A stretch of 63,295 nucleotides of DNA, counting the filler, from Diploschistes diacapsis (lineage: Eukaryota), in assembly GCA_023645945.1 (NCBI GenBank). It is 22 parts of 22 records of this genome, joined end to end, with 100 filler letters (N's around TTAATTAATTAA, not from the genome) between each part and the next. Parts side by side here need not be neighbours in the genome. Positions count along the whole stretch, not along the records: positions 1 to 19,196 come from JALAIB010000380.1; 21 more parts are not named here. One strand, given 5' to 3'. The stretch's first letter is position 1, and each line of letters starts with the position of its first letter. Both the position numbers and the translations under genes were made by a program. Below, piece after piece: positions 1 to 13,084 of the stretch. The notes beneath the pieces are model-generated. The model had not been told where the DNA came from. It ran no database searches and saw only the letters and a list, made by a program, of their open reading frames with translations.

Positions 1-1080
1 GGTTTAGGGGGACGGCTATCGAGGCAGGGGGAAGGAAATGGGATGGCGCATCGGAGTGGAGTCTCGTTATGGAGGGGGGGGGGTGATTGGGCTACACATA
101 GTTCTTGTGGCGGGCCGGTTGGCGTTCAGATCGAGGCTGGCTGTGTGGGCCCACGTCAATTTATTTTGGGGTACTTGGCATACACATAAAGCTCAAGTAT
201 CCATGCTTCTTCGATCCTTTGATTCTCTTGCCGTCCTTCTGCCTGGCGCTAAACTACGAGCCGGATTATCCAACTACAGGATCGAATCCATGAGATCGGA
301 AGCCCGCTGGTGCCGAGAAGAGTGCTTGCTGTAAGTACTCTACAACTCTTCGGAATGCGCAGATGGCATGTCGCAAGGCCATCTATCTCCGTGGGACTTG
401 CAAGCAGCAAGGGCTTGCAGCACCCATCGATCCTCTCCAATGGGGATCTCACCGCCTCGTCTTCACGGTTCATCCGCGTGCTATCTATCGGGCTCGTCGG
501 AGGGAGGGAGCATGTTTGAGCACCGAGACAAAGAAGGCTTCGGTGACATGACTCCGACGTCGTGGCGTCTGGCGTTTCGGCGATCCGATTTCGGAAACGA
601 GGGGCCAGTCGGTGTGTTCTGACCGAGTAAACGAAGTTGAACAACTCGGCGGGCCTGGTTGGTGCCCGATAAGCAGCCAGTTGTGTCTTTCGGCGCAAGG
701 CCGCGATCCAACACCGAGCCTAGCCTGGTCTACGGGTGTACATTCTCTCGAGGAAGGCTGCGTATGGAGGACTTGAATGACTGTTACTCGCTGGTACATG
801 GGTCCGGAGCTTGTAGGACACTAATGTCTGCATATAGTAAAACCTAGCTTATGGCGCGTCTGAGGGTCCAGGAGCGTTTCCCCTATGTACTTCTGTCGGA
901 GATGAAGATTTCCAGGAGCCTTGGCGGGCTCCAGCGGAGGGCATCAACGTTGACGAAAAGCCCTAGTCAGTAGCTCTCAGTGGGGTTGCCAGGCAGCGCA
1001 GAGGGGGAAGGCTCCTGGGGACGTCGAGTTTCAATAGCAAAGACTTGCCACAAGCGCTGGAAAGGGCTTGGTCAGACGGG

Positions 1081-3348
1081 TCAGACAAGCACGAGAATAT
1101 CGTCGCCGAACGTTCTGCCTCCATCGCCATGCCATTGGGCACAGTTTCGCCAGTCAAAGGTATCCACTGCTGACCTCTTCTCGTTCATGTCCATTTTCCC
1201 ATCAATGAGGAAATCCTCGCCATTTGGCGCCATAAAGACCCCTATCCGGCGGTACTTATCCCCTCCCTCGTATTTCTCCAGTAGGAGTCCATAGACAAGG
1301 GTCCTCCGATCTAAGCTTACCTCTGGCGTGGAGATGGACACTGATATTGGAACACAGAACTTCCGTTCCCTATCGTTGTCTATCTCGGTGTCCTCGAAGA
1401 CTGTCACTTCGTTCAGGACCTGCCCATCTAGCACAAGCCTATACCTCCCTGCGCCTTGTCCGCTCCCTTCTGGGTTTCTGTTACCTGGTCCGCTCATTAG
1501 ATAGATCTCTATCGTTCTTCCTCTTATCGTAATTTCTGCGCTAGAGGTCTGTCCAAAGGCATCATTTCCCTTTGCTGGTACAACATCTGCATTCAGAATA
1601 TCGATGAGGAAATCGCGCTTGTTCCGAGCTCCACGGTAGTCCCACTGCATTGCCATCTTCAGAGGTTGGTCAGTGGCAGCCCAACTCCAAGATGGTGCTC
1701 GGTAAGGCTGGCACCTAGCTCTGGCTGGGCTACCGTCTTTGGCTTTTGGTACCGGAGCTGCAATCCATAACAACTGCCTCGCCATCTGCACTTCCCACAG
1801 CCCAGCCAGATATCTTCCTCCTATCCGCGGCGCGAGCTCACGGGCGATGCCAGAGATCGCGACGAGCTTATCTGATGCAAGGGTGAGCAAGCCCGCAGAA
1901 TAAATGCGAAGAGCCACGTCCCAAACATGGAAGGGAGTTGTCGTTCCGCTAGCGAAGTAAAGGGTGGTGGGGAAGCTGGAGCTATTTACACCTTTATCCC
2001 CAGTACCTATCTGATCGGAGATCGAGTAAGGCGAAAGAAGCTTTGTAATGCCTGACTCGGACATGATATTGGGCATGCCAGAAGGGTACGTCTCGCAAGC
2101 TACGAGAGAGCGGCACTCCCAAAATAGCTGTGAGGAGGAAAAGTGTAGGGTTCGAGCTGAGAGGATGTGCTTTCACCATCAGAATCGGCTTTGGGATGGG
2201 ACCTTGCAGTAGCAACGGGGAAGTGACAGATACCTCTTGCGTAACCCATGCTCTCTGATTCAGCGGGGCCTGGTCTATGTACTTCGTCCACAGGTCGATG
2301 TCTACTATATCATGCCACTCCGCGTACGTCCATTTGAACTGCGCCCGCTGCACGCGGTTAAGTTTCCGCGAAGCTGTCTTCTCCTTTTGGACTTCCGGAG
2401 AGAACCGTACTTTTAGCCGCCGGATCGTATTCGGCTCCCTTGTTGCGAAGAAACCGCGTTCCCCGTTCGATACACCAGTCGCCGCTATGTTGCAGTAGCT
2501 GTACTTGTACACTTTCCCCATCAGCTTACCCTCGTGGAGCCAGTCAGCACGCGAGTCTTGGATTATGCAGAGTCGATCCATAGATATCGGATCCCAAGGC
2601 GGCGGGTTATCGTAACGGCATTGCGGAAGGTAAGCGTCAGGGAGTCCCAGGCGATTGAGACGTACAGTAGCTCTAGATTGGACGTCAGGAGTCTGAAAAT
2701 GGGAACGAGCCCCCAACAGTGGGATAAGGTCATATAGAGGCTTGAAGGTGGTATGCCTTCGGACGAGACGACTCGTAGTGTGGATTCTTCTGGAGCCCCG
2801 ATGTCAATAAGACGAGTAGGAAGCCACTGTTGCCGGACGCTGTCTAGATGGGTCTGCGCACCACAGTCATGATGCTCCAGGCAATGCGTGAGCCACCGGT
2901 CCGCTTGAGCAACGACCAACTCCGCGGAAGTGGTGTCCTCTTGCCATGAAGATCTCCCGCTGTCTACATCATCCGTGGCGATGCTCGGACCAGTGATGAA
3001 GTGCCACTTCACGCTTCCGCAGCGGAAATCGAATTTGTAACATCCTTCCCTAACGTAGCGTTGGATTTGGCCCGTAATTGCAGGGACCTTCTGATTACAC
3101 TCCAAGACTTCTTTGCCACTTTTTTTCTGGATGCAGTCGAGAAGATCGTCGCCGCAAAGCGCATCACGTTGGACTTTGGAGAAGTTCGTCCATACTCGTA
3201 GGCAAAGCGGACATCCGCCCAGGGCGGCCGCTTTCAGAGCACGTCCATTGGGATGATGTTTGAATCGGGGACTGTATGACAGGGTCTTCGACTCACTGAT
3301 TTCGATATTTCCAGGTGCAAATAAAGATTCACATGCAGAACAGAACAT
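1081..3348 (-). pseudogene. HET-domain (heterokaryon incompatibility) protein, frameshifted
   Basis: HET motifs PTRLIDIG, YMTLSHCWG, YLWIDS, LCIIQD..DW..EG..MGKVY..SYCNIAAT, PLNQRAWVTQE, DKLVAISG, YLAGLW, RAPSWSWA are spread over three ORFs. GT-AG intron at 2170-2233. Frame break near 2565 between WIDS and LCIIQD. Confidence 0.85.
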
Positions 3349-4017
3349 CTCTTAGCCAAAGAGTTGAGTTTTCATTTCACGGGAGGTGTAAGGCAGAGCG
3401 AGGTTGTCTGTCATGTTACGATACACAAATATTGCCAACTCGAATTCTTGTAATCCTGACAAACCCAAGCCTTCAAGCTCGTTGCGTAACAGCATGCTTC
3501 AGGACTTCAAGAGCCTTTTGCGCCCGGCGGTTAGGGGCCAGGGCTCAGGAGAGCCAGCCCGTCAGCGTTCATGTGATCGTTATCTTGCACAAAGCGTTTT
3601 CAGGTATCCGATACCTTTAAACTAGGTAGCATAGTAAAAAAGCTTTGGATAGATAATGTGGTTATTGAAGATTGCTAGCCTGTTTCGATCTCTATGTGGA
3701 GAGGGAAGGAGCTATAAACCGCTCCGCCATGTGCTTTCTCCCATTCTATGGGGAACCTGTCTACACAAAACTCCGAGCGAGATCTACCCACTCGTTCCCA
3801 TATCGATGCAGTATCCCACAGCTGAGGGTTGCAAAAAAGTGCCACTCGCTCTGAATCAGAAATGCTCCAGCCCTAGAGTAGCAATCACTATGCCTCCCGC
3901 TGTGCTGTGATCCCAAACGCCATGACCGCAATAAAGCAGAAAGAAAAGAAAAGAAAGAAGGGGCTCAGGTTCGCGCCGACCAGCGGTACTTCTTTACAAC
4001 AAGCCCCGCAAGCTAGA

Positions 4018-5158
4018 CTATGATTGCTGCGCCGCGGCAACAGCTAGCTTCCCTAGCGGCCCCAGTGTGGCTGTCGAGCTCGAGCTCGAGCCCTGCTTCT
4101 CAACCTTTGGTGTGCGTGGTCATGCAGTTAATGATAAGGGAGCGATGATGCGAGCCTGAATGGGCTTTGGTTCTTGGTGCTTGGGTGATTTGTAGCGCTT
4201 GAGACCTCGAGTGCGGAACCCGAAGCTCGGTGACGGAGCACAGAACGGGCTTGACGAGACTTGAGGGGTGAGCACGCATCGAGAACTGCCTCGTAGCTGG
4301 GGATAAGGGGGTGTTGGGACGTGGCTCCTCAAGGTCAATAGCGAACGGCACCTCCATGCTCTCTTCCCCATTCGCAGTACTTCCCTCGAGACCCGAATCC
4401 AATCCACTGTCCACACCCATCATGGCCACGCTAAGCCGGCGTGCTTCCTCATCGCCGAGGCTATCTTCGTCCAAGGCATCCGGCTTCTGATCGATCTCGC
4501 GACTCGGTGGACGGACGTTCAGGACTGGAACAGAACCAGCGGTTGCAGCTCGACTCAGCTTGGGTCGTGACCCCCTCTGCGTCGGCTCACCGATTTCTTC
4601 CGCATTGACCGGCTCCAACACAGCCCGCCAGCTGCGCTGAAGAGGACTGCTCGGCTGCTTGAGGTTCAATGGCGCAGTGTTAGTTCGCTTCAAGGAGCCT
4701 GGCGGCGGCGGACGGAACTGCTGGGCGCCTCCAGAGGTGTATGAGTGAGTAATGTTGGGTATGGCAGGGCGCTGCGGCCGTAAAGCAGAGCGAGGACTGC
4801 TCGTGAGACCGTCACCGGTAGTCAGGCGCGGCAGCGAAAATTGCAGCGGCGCGCCGGATGGCCGACGGACTACGGTTGTGCGCAGGGGAGACGCTGGTGA
4901 TTGGGGCGCCAGCAACCACGGCGGTGGCGTCTCTGGCGGAACAGTCCCGGGCGAGAGCTGATGCGGCGTTGGTGACTGCGGAACATCGTCAGACGTAAAG
5001 ATTGGTGAGAGGATGGCAAAGAACGAGGGCGGGGGTGTCAACGGCGTTCGAGGCGACAGCTTCGAGGATCTGGGTGAGAGCGGGAGCAACTGGGTCATCG
5101 GATTGGGCGAGGAGAGGAGTATGAGGACCATTGTGCCTCTTGTTCTCTTTGCGATCAC
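4018..5158 (-). CDS. Hypothetical Ser/Pro-rich, probably disordered protein
   Basis: 352-codon GC-rich ORF (4100-5158). A probable short terminal exon (..KQGSSSSSTATLGPLGKLAVAAAQQS*) lies below 4100. No recognisable domain; both ends uncertain. Confidence 0.5.
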
Positions 5159-7116
5159 TTGAGATGACAGATTAGCTATTATTAAGTAGTTGATGAATCG
5201 AAGGACATTTATCAGCAGACCAGTGCTTCAAGCAAAACGACAGGAAGAATGTTGTAGGAACAAATCTGTTGCGAACTGATACAGACAGAGCACATATATT
5301 ATAACGCGATGCGATGCGCGGGATACAGAACCCCAGCCGTCCAACACATATCTTGAGACGCAACTGGATGATAGGCAGACAGATTCCTGCAAGACGATAA
5401 CGATATCCTTTCGACTTCCAAAGTAATCGGTATGTTGGTCTTCATGCCGTGTAGCCGATCCTGTATCTTGTATCCAGCTGTTTGTTGTGTTGGCCTACTG
5501 GAATGGGCAAGAAAGCTGACACCGAAGCATGAGCTAAAGATTCACGCCACGCTTAGCACTATTGATTGTTGAAACTTCTTGCTTACTTTGTTAAACTAGT
5601 TACCTTCTCTTCCAGCAGTACAACATTAGTTGAGGGTGATCCATTGAGCCTGTTGAGTCTTGTCCGATCCAAACGAGACTGGTGCTTTCTGCGTGTGAGG
5701 GGTGGAGCAAAGTACACGGCTCTGTCCATGTGGAATATCTCTGCCTCCAGCCTCCAGCCTGCAGCCTCCAGGTACCTTATGTTCCAACATCTTGCGCATA
5801 CTGTGTGTATATCGCTTGCGGCTCTCCTGCTCATGAAGCGCATCACAGCCCGGGCTTGTGCCATTGCGACTGCACAAGTCAAGGCTTTTGAACCCAGGCT
5901 GATGGTTGGGTACCTAGCTAGCTAGTGGCCTAATACTCGATATCTGGGGACCCCAGCCATCGTGCTATCTAAGCTTGAGCACAAGGTCCAGTGGTCTTGT
6001 TGTGTCTACCTATCATTCCTTTCCTTCAACTTGGCCGCTGTTGGTGTTGGCTATTATTTAACTTCGCACTTTGCATAAGACCTGGAGGGCGATCGTTGAG
6101 TAGTACTCCAGTGGCTGTGTAGATAGGAAGTACTTGCAGTACAACAACTTGACGGGTCGGGTGCTCGGTGCAAACCAAAATATGGTTCCGAGCACGGAGT
6201 CGACTAACGGTAGCTGTAAATAGTAGTCGAAGAGGCCCTGAAGCATCCCAACTAATAGGAACATGCATACAAGCAAATAAAGCCAGGTAGAAACGTGGCC
6301 GCAGTGTTGGACGCGTGGCCCAAAGACAGGCCTAGAAACTAGTTGTAGACTTGTAGAGTCTTGTAGACTTTAGAAGTACAGAATATGAGCCAGCATAAAG
6401 TTGCATAATATGTTGCATAATTCATAGTGCAACCTTACATAAATCATCTACCTCCCAGTCAAAATGCATAACATAACTTGGTATCTTGCTAGTCTGCGAA
6501 AGAGGCACTCAGAGACTCAAAAACAGACAGATGGATCCCTTGAAATGAAAGCTCGCAAAGGGATTACGAGCCAGTTCTGACACACGCCATGATGCATTAG
6601 TGATCTGATCACAAGCCCCAGGGATCCTCCAACCTCTCGCAGGGCAGGGCAAGCGACAAACCACTCAGATCTTCTTGCACGAGTGTGGTGCACTAAATGA
6701 TGAGTAACGTAACACTTTTGTAAAACAATCTGCCTCTAATCCGGTAATGCGGCGGAGCTGCATGTGTGCAAATAAAGAAGAGCTTTTCAACTGGGCCCCT
6801 GGCCTACTCCTCCTCGAGAACCAGTCCCTAGGCGGGTAAACATCGCTCCAAAGTAAACCGTTCCTGTGCGTACAATTCTTGTGATCATGTTGGATCTTGG
6901 AAGGAAGAACTCCGTCTGCACCGCTCACGCCAACTTCGCCGTAAGAAGTATTCCTTTGCCAAGCCTCCAACGCCGCGCTCAAAGAACACTCAAAGTCGTC
7001 AATCGGAAAACTATGTACCAGCCGGCTTATAGCCGGCGAATTTTTATGTAAGGGCAGAGGTGGTCTAGCCTAAGGTCCATGGGTGGGCGCAATTAGAGTA
7101 ACGTGTGAGGAGCACC

Positions 7117-9941
7117 TCAGTCTTGCTTCCTAGCCGTAGTCCTTGCAACTTCTGCCAGAATCTCACCCACGCTGTGTGTAGGATGCGGAGCATGAGAGTG
7201 CACATAGCCCGAGGAGGATGGTCGGGGTCTGGGGCTGAACAGGGGCTTGGGTGCAGCATTGGCATCCAATCCATCAAGCGCCCCTTCAGCCACAGCTCTC
7301 TGGACGTCTGCCTCTGTGATATTCGATGTTCTTCTCCCTGCCCTCTTCGCGGCATCTTCATCTTCCTTTTGATGCAAGCTTTCGCTAGGGAGTAAGACAG
7401 CACGGTCGAGATCGTAAGGCAGACCACGGTGCCGTCCACGCAACATCATCGCAACGATGACCAGTTTCGAAATGACGCCAAACTCAGCTGACAGGGATGT
7501 ATCGTTCGTAGGATACCCAAGAGACAGGCCGACAGTGCCGTAAGCCGATACGATTTCAAATAGGCAGGAGAAGAGCGAGAAACTGGGATCGGTCTGTAGC
7601 TGGTTGCCTTGGGCAATTGCAACAATGAAGAGACCTAAGAAGACAAACCAAAGGTCGAAACTGAGTTGTCGCCTCAAGTGAGCTCCAACGTAGCTAGGCT
7701 CACGCTCGTCTTCGCCGTTATCCTGGTGTGAGCCGTATATCCCAAGTGACTTCTCTTCGTAGACGTTCGTCCGTCGAACAGAAATGGCAATGGGGAAAAC
7801 CGAGATGTACATCATGATAAGATAGGAAACCTGGATGGCGGGATGGAGGAGCGCAAGGTTGACCACGGCTGTCCCCGCCGTTCGGGTTGACACAGCTTGG
7901 AAGAGACCACTCAAGAACCGAAGACCTGGAGGTATTTCAAAAACCGTAGGGTCGTTTAACTGAGAAAAGTAAGCTTTGCTCCTTAATAGAGATGCGAACG
8001 ACCCACATCTAGTATTATGAAGAATATCAAGTCCAAACCGTTGAGGATCACAAGAATGCCAAACAATATCCATGTAGCAGAGCTGGGGAACAACAGAGTG
8101 AAACAACGCCGGGGATGATCGAGAAGGAACTGCAGTTCTTCCCAGACAGCTGAGCTTTTGGACACGATCTTACTTCCCACCCAAATCATAAACCGCAGCA
8201 TGCAGGGAAAGCCAGTGTTGCCGATGACGATTAGGAAGCTGCCCAGAAGGAGGATCCAAACCGCGCCTTGGAAGGACTCCATTGAGTCGGGCGTGAGTGT
8301 AAAGCCTAGGTCGTTGAAGAGGGTTGATGGTGTAAAGATGCCCCTGATCACAATGAGCGGTTGAGAAAGGCGGAAGTCTTAGTCACCTTACCACCAAACT
8401 CTGTTAACACCGTCACTGTCAACGATGCTGCCCCACGGTTCTGTATTCAGGATCCAAGGCAAAAAGTTAATTACACCCACAAGATGCCATCCCAAGAAGT
8501 AGGCTTGCATAGCGTTAGACCTTGAGAAGTAGGATAGCCGCTTTGGTGAAGACAACGTTACTTACCTACTAGAACAACAGCCAAAAGCTTAAGAGATCTA
8601 TATTCGATACCTCCTAGTTCCTCGCGCTGCTCCTCAGTAAGATCAACAAAAGCAGAGTTTCTGCCAATTGTAGGTTGCCAGCTTAAGTACGGTGGGACTT
8701 GAGTTTGAGAAGTATTGGTACGAGCAACATTCGGAAAGGTTCCCGAACCACGTCGCAAACGGTATGCGCTAGGAGCTCTTTCTAGGGCGGAAGTTGTACC
8801 CTGACTACGCGCAGTTGCGGTCCTTAGGAATGTTAAGTCTTGCGTGTTCGGTTGCGTTTTTGGTGCTTCAATACTCGGAAATGTAATATGTCGGTCCAGG
8901 CCATCATTTTCGGGGCTTGTGGCCGGGTCGCTACCCTCACGAAGTGTCTCAGGATCCTTCCCTCGATCGGACTCCCGGGGGCCTGGAATTCTCAAGGTTT
9001 CGTTATCTCCTAAGTTACGCTGTCTCTCTAAAATAAAGATGTTTTGTTCAGCTGTCAGCTGCTGTGGTGTCCTCTCACCGTTTGAAGCAAGTTTGGCAGG
9101 CGTCGCAAGATTTTCTGCAAAGGTGATGTTGCGGGCGCCTAAAGTTGGCTGATCGGTTGGGCTCAACTCTTCTCCATCTATCAGACCGCCGTTCTTTCGC
9201 TCCTCGGATGAGCTCAACGAACTCTCGTGATAGCTTGATGCTTTTCCCTGTAGTTGCTTGTCTGGATCTTTCCCAAAACGTCTGCCGCTCTTGTCCAGTA
9301 CGACAATATTCCTCCCATCAACTCCCTTCTTCTCTTTCTCTATGCCGCGCTCCTCTAGATCCTGCGTGTTTGTTCTTGACCGGCTCCTTGAAGCTCTCCA
9401 GCTCATAGCCTCTTGAGCCACATTTTTAAACCTCTTCTCAAACCAGTGTAATCTCACAAATACAACGGCGGTGTTGATCGATACAACGTTTGTAAACTGG
9501 GAAAGGAAGTATAACACGACCTATAACATGGACGTCAGTAAATTGCAGATGGTCGGCTCAAGAGCCACGTCTACCTGCTGATAAGTGGTGAGATCATTGA
9601 CATTGATGCTGATGCCAGTCAGTAACGATATTCCTTCAAAGCACATGCTCTTACGTGTTTAGTCCACTCTGCGTGCAAGCTCCCGCAGAGAAGAAAAGTG
9701 CATCAACGTAGGCAATCCCGCTGCCTGGATAGAGTAGAATCGATCCGACAATGATCATTCCAGTCATATACAAATCTAAAGAGGCACGAGGTTAGCACGG
9801 TGATAGCCAGGCAGCTCAGAAATACCTACAATGGATAGTAATGAAGCTCAGGCGCCTCTTCTGCCGGAGGGACTTGGCTTTCGCCTTGACTGACGTCCAC
9901 GCTCTTGATATAACCCGATCCATCTTTGTCTTGAAAATCAT
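7117..9941 (-). CDS. TRK: Trk-family potassium transporter (multi-exon)
   Basis: Motifs VVFVRLHWFEKRF, PYLSWQPTIGRNSAF, LGGIEYRSLKLL, FNDLGFTLTPDSM, GNTGFPCMLR, FLLDHPRRCFTLLFP, STRTAGT, FEIVSAYGTVGLSLGYP, RGRHRGLP. Short GT-AG introns. Start at ATG 9941 or the in-frame ATG 9923. Confidence 0.95.
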
Positions 9942-10364
9942 GAAAATAATCTAGAGGGCGTCTCGAAAAGAAAAAACGGACTCCGCCAACGAGCCGATCT
10001 GCGAGCCAAGGAGTTAAAATCTATCAGTCGTGGATGAAGACTCCGTTTGTATCAAAGATGAAGATCGGCAGATCCTACGACCTGACTGACGGAATAGACA
10101 CTGCGTAGGCATGCCAGCGCACGCAAGCGCAACGTGCCTTTACTTCAGTCAACCGATTATTACCCTCATTTTTTTTGTATTGGTAGAATAATGGCGGCAA
10201 TACAAAAGAGGCTTGGAGGACCCTGGTAAAGCTTGGCAGCAGCAGCAGTCTAATGTGATAATGGTTCGTGCTTAGTTGATGTAAAGATTTCATACTTCTA
10301 AAAGAGAAGATTTTATTCTCATCAAGCAAGCACCGTAGGAGAGCCGTGACAATTTTCGGTCAGC

Positions 10365-11640
10365 ATGGGGAAGAAAAGGCACTCGGAAGAGAGTTCATCT
10401 ACTGCTAACAAGAAGCAAAAACAAGCGGAAAAGGTATTCCTCATTCTGGTTGTGCCTCAAAATCGTGTATAACGCTGATCATACATTGAAGGACTCGACA
10501 TCAAAGCAATTCGCACAAATTATTAAAAATCCTGCAGAATCGCCTTCCAAAGCCTCTGCTACACCCAGCCAAAGAGTACTTCTACTAGCCCAGCTCTGTT
10601 ACGAAGCTGAGCATGACAGCACATTTGCCAAAGAGCTCAGCAAGGTCGCTGGCGATGGCGTTACCCAAGCTGCCCAGGCGCTTGCGAAAAGTATCAACTC
10701 GGAGAAGCCCTTACTTTCCAAGCTAACGCGAATGACTCCCGATGGCTCCGCCCGCATTTCACCCTTGCCTGTCTTCCCTAGTTTGGCAGAGTATCTGGAC
10801 CAGTGCCCAAACTCACTACCTATCCTACCCCCCATCCTCGACCCCAAGGTTGAGAACATGGTCTTCACCCTCGTGTCCAACGTGCACCACGCGGAACAGG
10901 TGCAGAGCTACGAACGGCTCGAGTACCTCGGCGACAGCTACATAGAGATGTGCGCTAGGAGATTAGCCTACCAGTACTTCCCGCACCAGATGGAAGGCGA
11001 ACTAAGCCAACTCTGCCAGACGCTGGTGAAGAACGCGACACTGTCCCGTTTCTCCTTTGCATATGGTTTCGACGACCGCCTGAAGCTCCAGAAGGGCTTC
11101 TTCGAATCGGGCAGCAAAGACTTCAAGCAGAAGTTCCAGAAGATCTACGGTGACGTCTTCGAAGCGTATGCCGCCGCCCTGGTCGTGGCGGACCCGGAAA
11201 ATGGCTTCCACGTACTAGAAAGATGGTTAACAATCCTTTGGAAACCAATACTGCTAAAGCATCAGAACCGGGTGCCATTTGATCCTGATGCGAAGCTCAA
11301 ACTCACCCAGAAGCTTGCGGGGAAAGGTATCAAGATTGAGTGGGTCGACGAAGGCGAGAAGCCGTTCAAAGGTGGTGCCATTTTTACGGTGGCCGTGTAC
11401 ATTACCGGATGGGGGTGGCAGAAGGAGCGTCTAGGCTCGGGAAAAGGAGAGAGCAAGAAAGAGGCTGGCATGTGGGCGTCGACCGAGGCGCTGACGAACC
11501 CATCCACGGCTGTCATCGCGGCGGTCAAGAAGGAGTTTGATGCCCAAGTGGCTGAGGAGCGTGCAAAGGAGGGTGGGCCGGACCCCAAGCGCATTGAGTT
11601 GCTTGAGAAGGCCTTTAAGGGCATAGACTGCGGTCTTTGA
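10365..11640 (+). CDS. Ribonuclease III (single RNase III domain plus dsRBD; Rnt1/Pac1-like)
   Basis: Signature ERLEYLGDS and GDVFEAY; C-terminal dsRBD-like GSGKGESKKEA. Exon 1 MGKKRHSEE.. followed by an intron at ~10434-10491. Confidence 0.9.
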
Positions 11641-11835
11641 AGGAGGCTGTCACGTCGGTTGGGTTTGGTGATATACGATACCCCTTGCTAATCAGCATCT
11701 GCCGACTTGAAATGTACTGAAAGTCCAATATTCATTTTAGGAGGATAACGGGAAAAATCATATCTTTCATTAATGTCTCGCTAGCCTCAACGCTAAATCC
11801 ATGCTAAGTTCCGAGCGTGCCCATGAGAAAAACTC

Positions 11836-12855
11836 TTATTGCCTCGTTCGATCCTCCTCCGACGGGCTCTGCACCTCCTTCTGTTGCCTAACTCTCTCCT
11901 CCGCGGCCTTCGCCATCAATTCTCTCCTACTGAGCCCGGCACTTCCACTGGCACTCCCGCCGCTGCCGCCGGCGCCTCCAGCCGTTGCCCCGCCAAGCAC
12001 GAACTCACCGCCGGTCCATCCTCCTCCATCCACATGCTGCCCCACGCCTCCATCGTGCGGGTTGTAGAACTCCTCCTCCCCCAAGCTCCTCCCGCCTCTC
12101 GTCCAATCCCCCCTCTCGACCTCCTTCTCAATCTGCCCCGTCAGATCCCAAAACTTCCTGTCATGCTCGCTATGCACATTATGCGCCAACTCATGGCACA
12201 GGGTCTCTCGGATCGTCCTGTAGTCCCTGTACCCGTCATAGGCGTCTGTTCTGAGCCGCAGCTCTATCACTTCCCCGCCGTTGCGGTTCAGCCCCAGTGT
12301 CTTGGATTCGTGCGTGGTGTGTTCGGCTGGATTCATTTCCGTGAGCACGCCGACGCTGAACTTGTGCTTCGCCATCGCGGTCTTGATCCCCGGGTCGTCG
12401 CGCAGGCGCTCGAGGTACTTGAGTGAGCGCTCTGGGTGCGGGAGGTAGGCGAGAGGGATGAGGGTGTGGAAGGTGTACAGTGCGTCATCGTGGGCTTTGC
12501 GCGGGTCGCGGTACCGGGACGGCTTGGCGGCCTTGATAATCGAGCGAGGCCGCGGCGGAGGGGCCTTGAGGGAAGCGATATCCGATGGTAAGGGGGCGAG
12601 GAGCTGGATTTGTTTGGCGGTTAGGGTTGAAAGGGGAAGAGAGGGATCCGGGTACGGGGGCTTGAGGAGGCCGACTTTTGGGGTGATCAGGAACTTTTGG
12701 TAGGATGGAGATATGGAGAGGTGCTCTTCGATGGCGGTGGCCAGATCGCCAAGTACGCAGTCGGGCTCGAAGGTGTAGTAGTGAGTTTTCCCGTGGTGAA
12801 GGACGGAGAGAGAGAGGCTCTGCTGTTCACTGGTGTCCGTTGCGGCTTCCGCCAT
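11836..12855 (-). CDS. UBL-WLM metalloprotease (Wss1-like, ubiquitin-like N-terminus)
   Basis: WLM motifs LTEMNP, LGLNRNGGEVIELRLRTD and zincin HELAH..H; N-terminal UBL-like segment; intronless 339-aa ORF. Confidence 0.92.
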   Translation of the reverse strand: MAEAATDTSEQQSLSLSVLHHGKTHYYTFEPDCVLGDLATAIEEHLSISPSYQKFLITPKVGLLKPPYPDPSLPLSTLTAKQIQLLAPLPSDIASLKAPPPRPRSIIKAAKPSRYRDPRKAHDDALYTFHTLIPLAYLPHPERSLKYLERLRDDPGIKTAMAKHKFSVGVLTEMNPAEHTTHESKTLGLNRNGGEVIELRLRTDAYDGYRDYRTIRETLCHELAHNVHSEHDRKFWDLTGQIEKEVERGDWTRGGRSLGEEEFYNPHDGGVGQHVDGGGWTGGEFVLGGATAGGAGGSGGSASGSAGLSRRELMAKAAEERVRQQKEVQSPSEEDRTRQ

Positions 12856-13084
12856 GGTAAAGTGAGTCGAGCGGAGCGTCGGACGGGCAACCTATGAAGT
12901 ATAAATGCAGAGTTCTGAGTGTATAGTGTATAGATATGTCAAAGTATTCGAACACAAGGACTCAACACACCTTTTGGATAGATATTTACCACCACCTTCT
13001 TTTACCAAGTATCCATCAACTTCGATTGAGGACCCTAATCCCTGTCCGTGGCTTTGTAAGCAGATTTGCGCTAGAAACGTCATC

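Noticed and set aside
1..1000. Cluster of short ORFs downstream of the HET gene
   Set aside because: No coherent frame or recognisable motif could be assembled.
10365..11640. Dicer or antiviral interpretation of the RNase III gene
   Set aside because: Single RNase III domain plus dsRBD, with no helicase or PAZ domain; fits a housekeeping Rnt1/Pac1 type.
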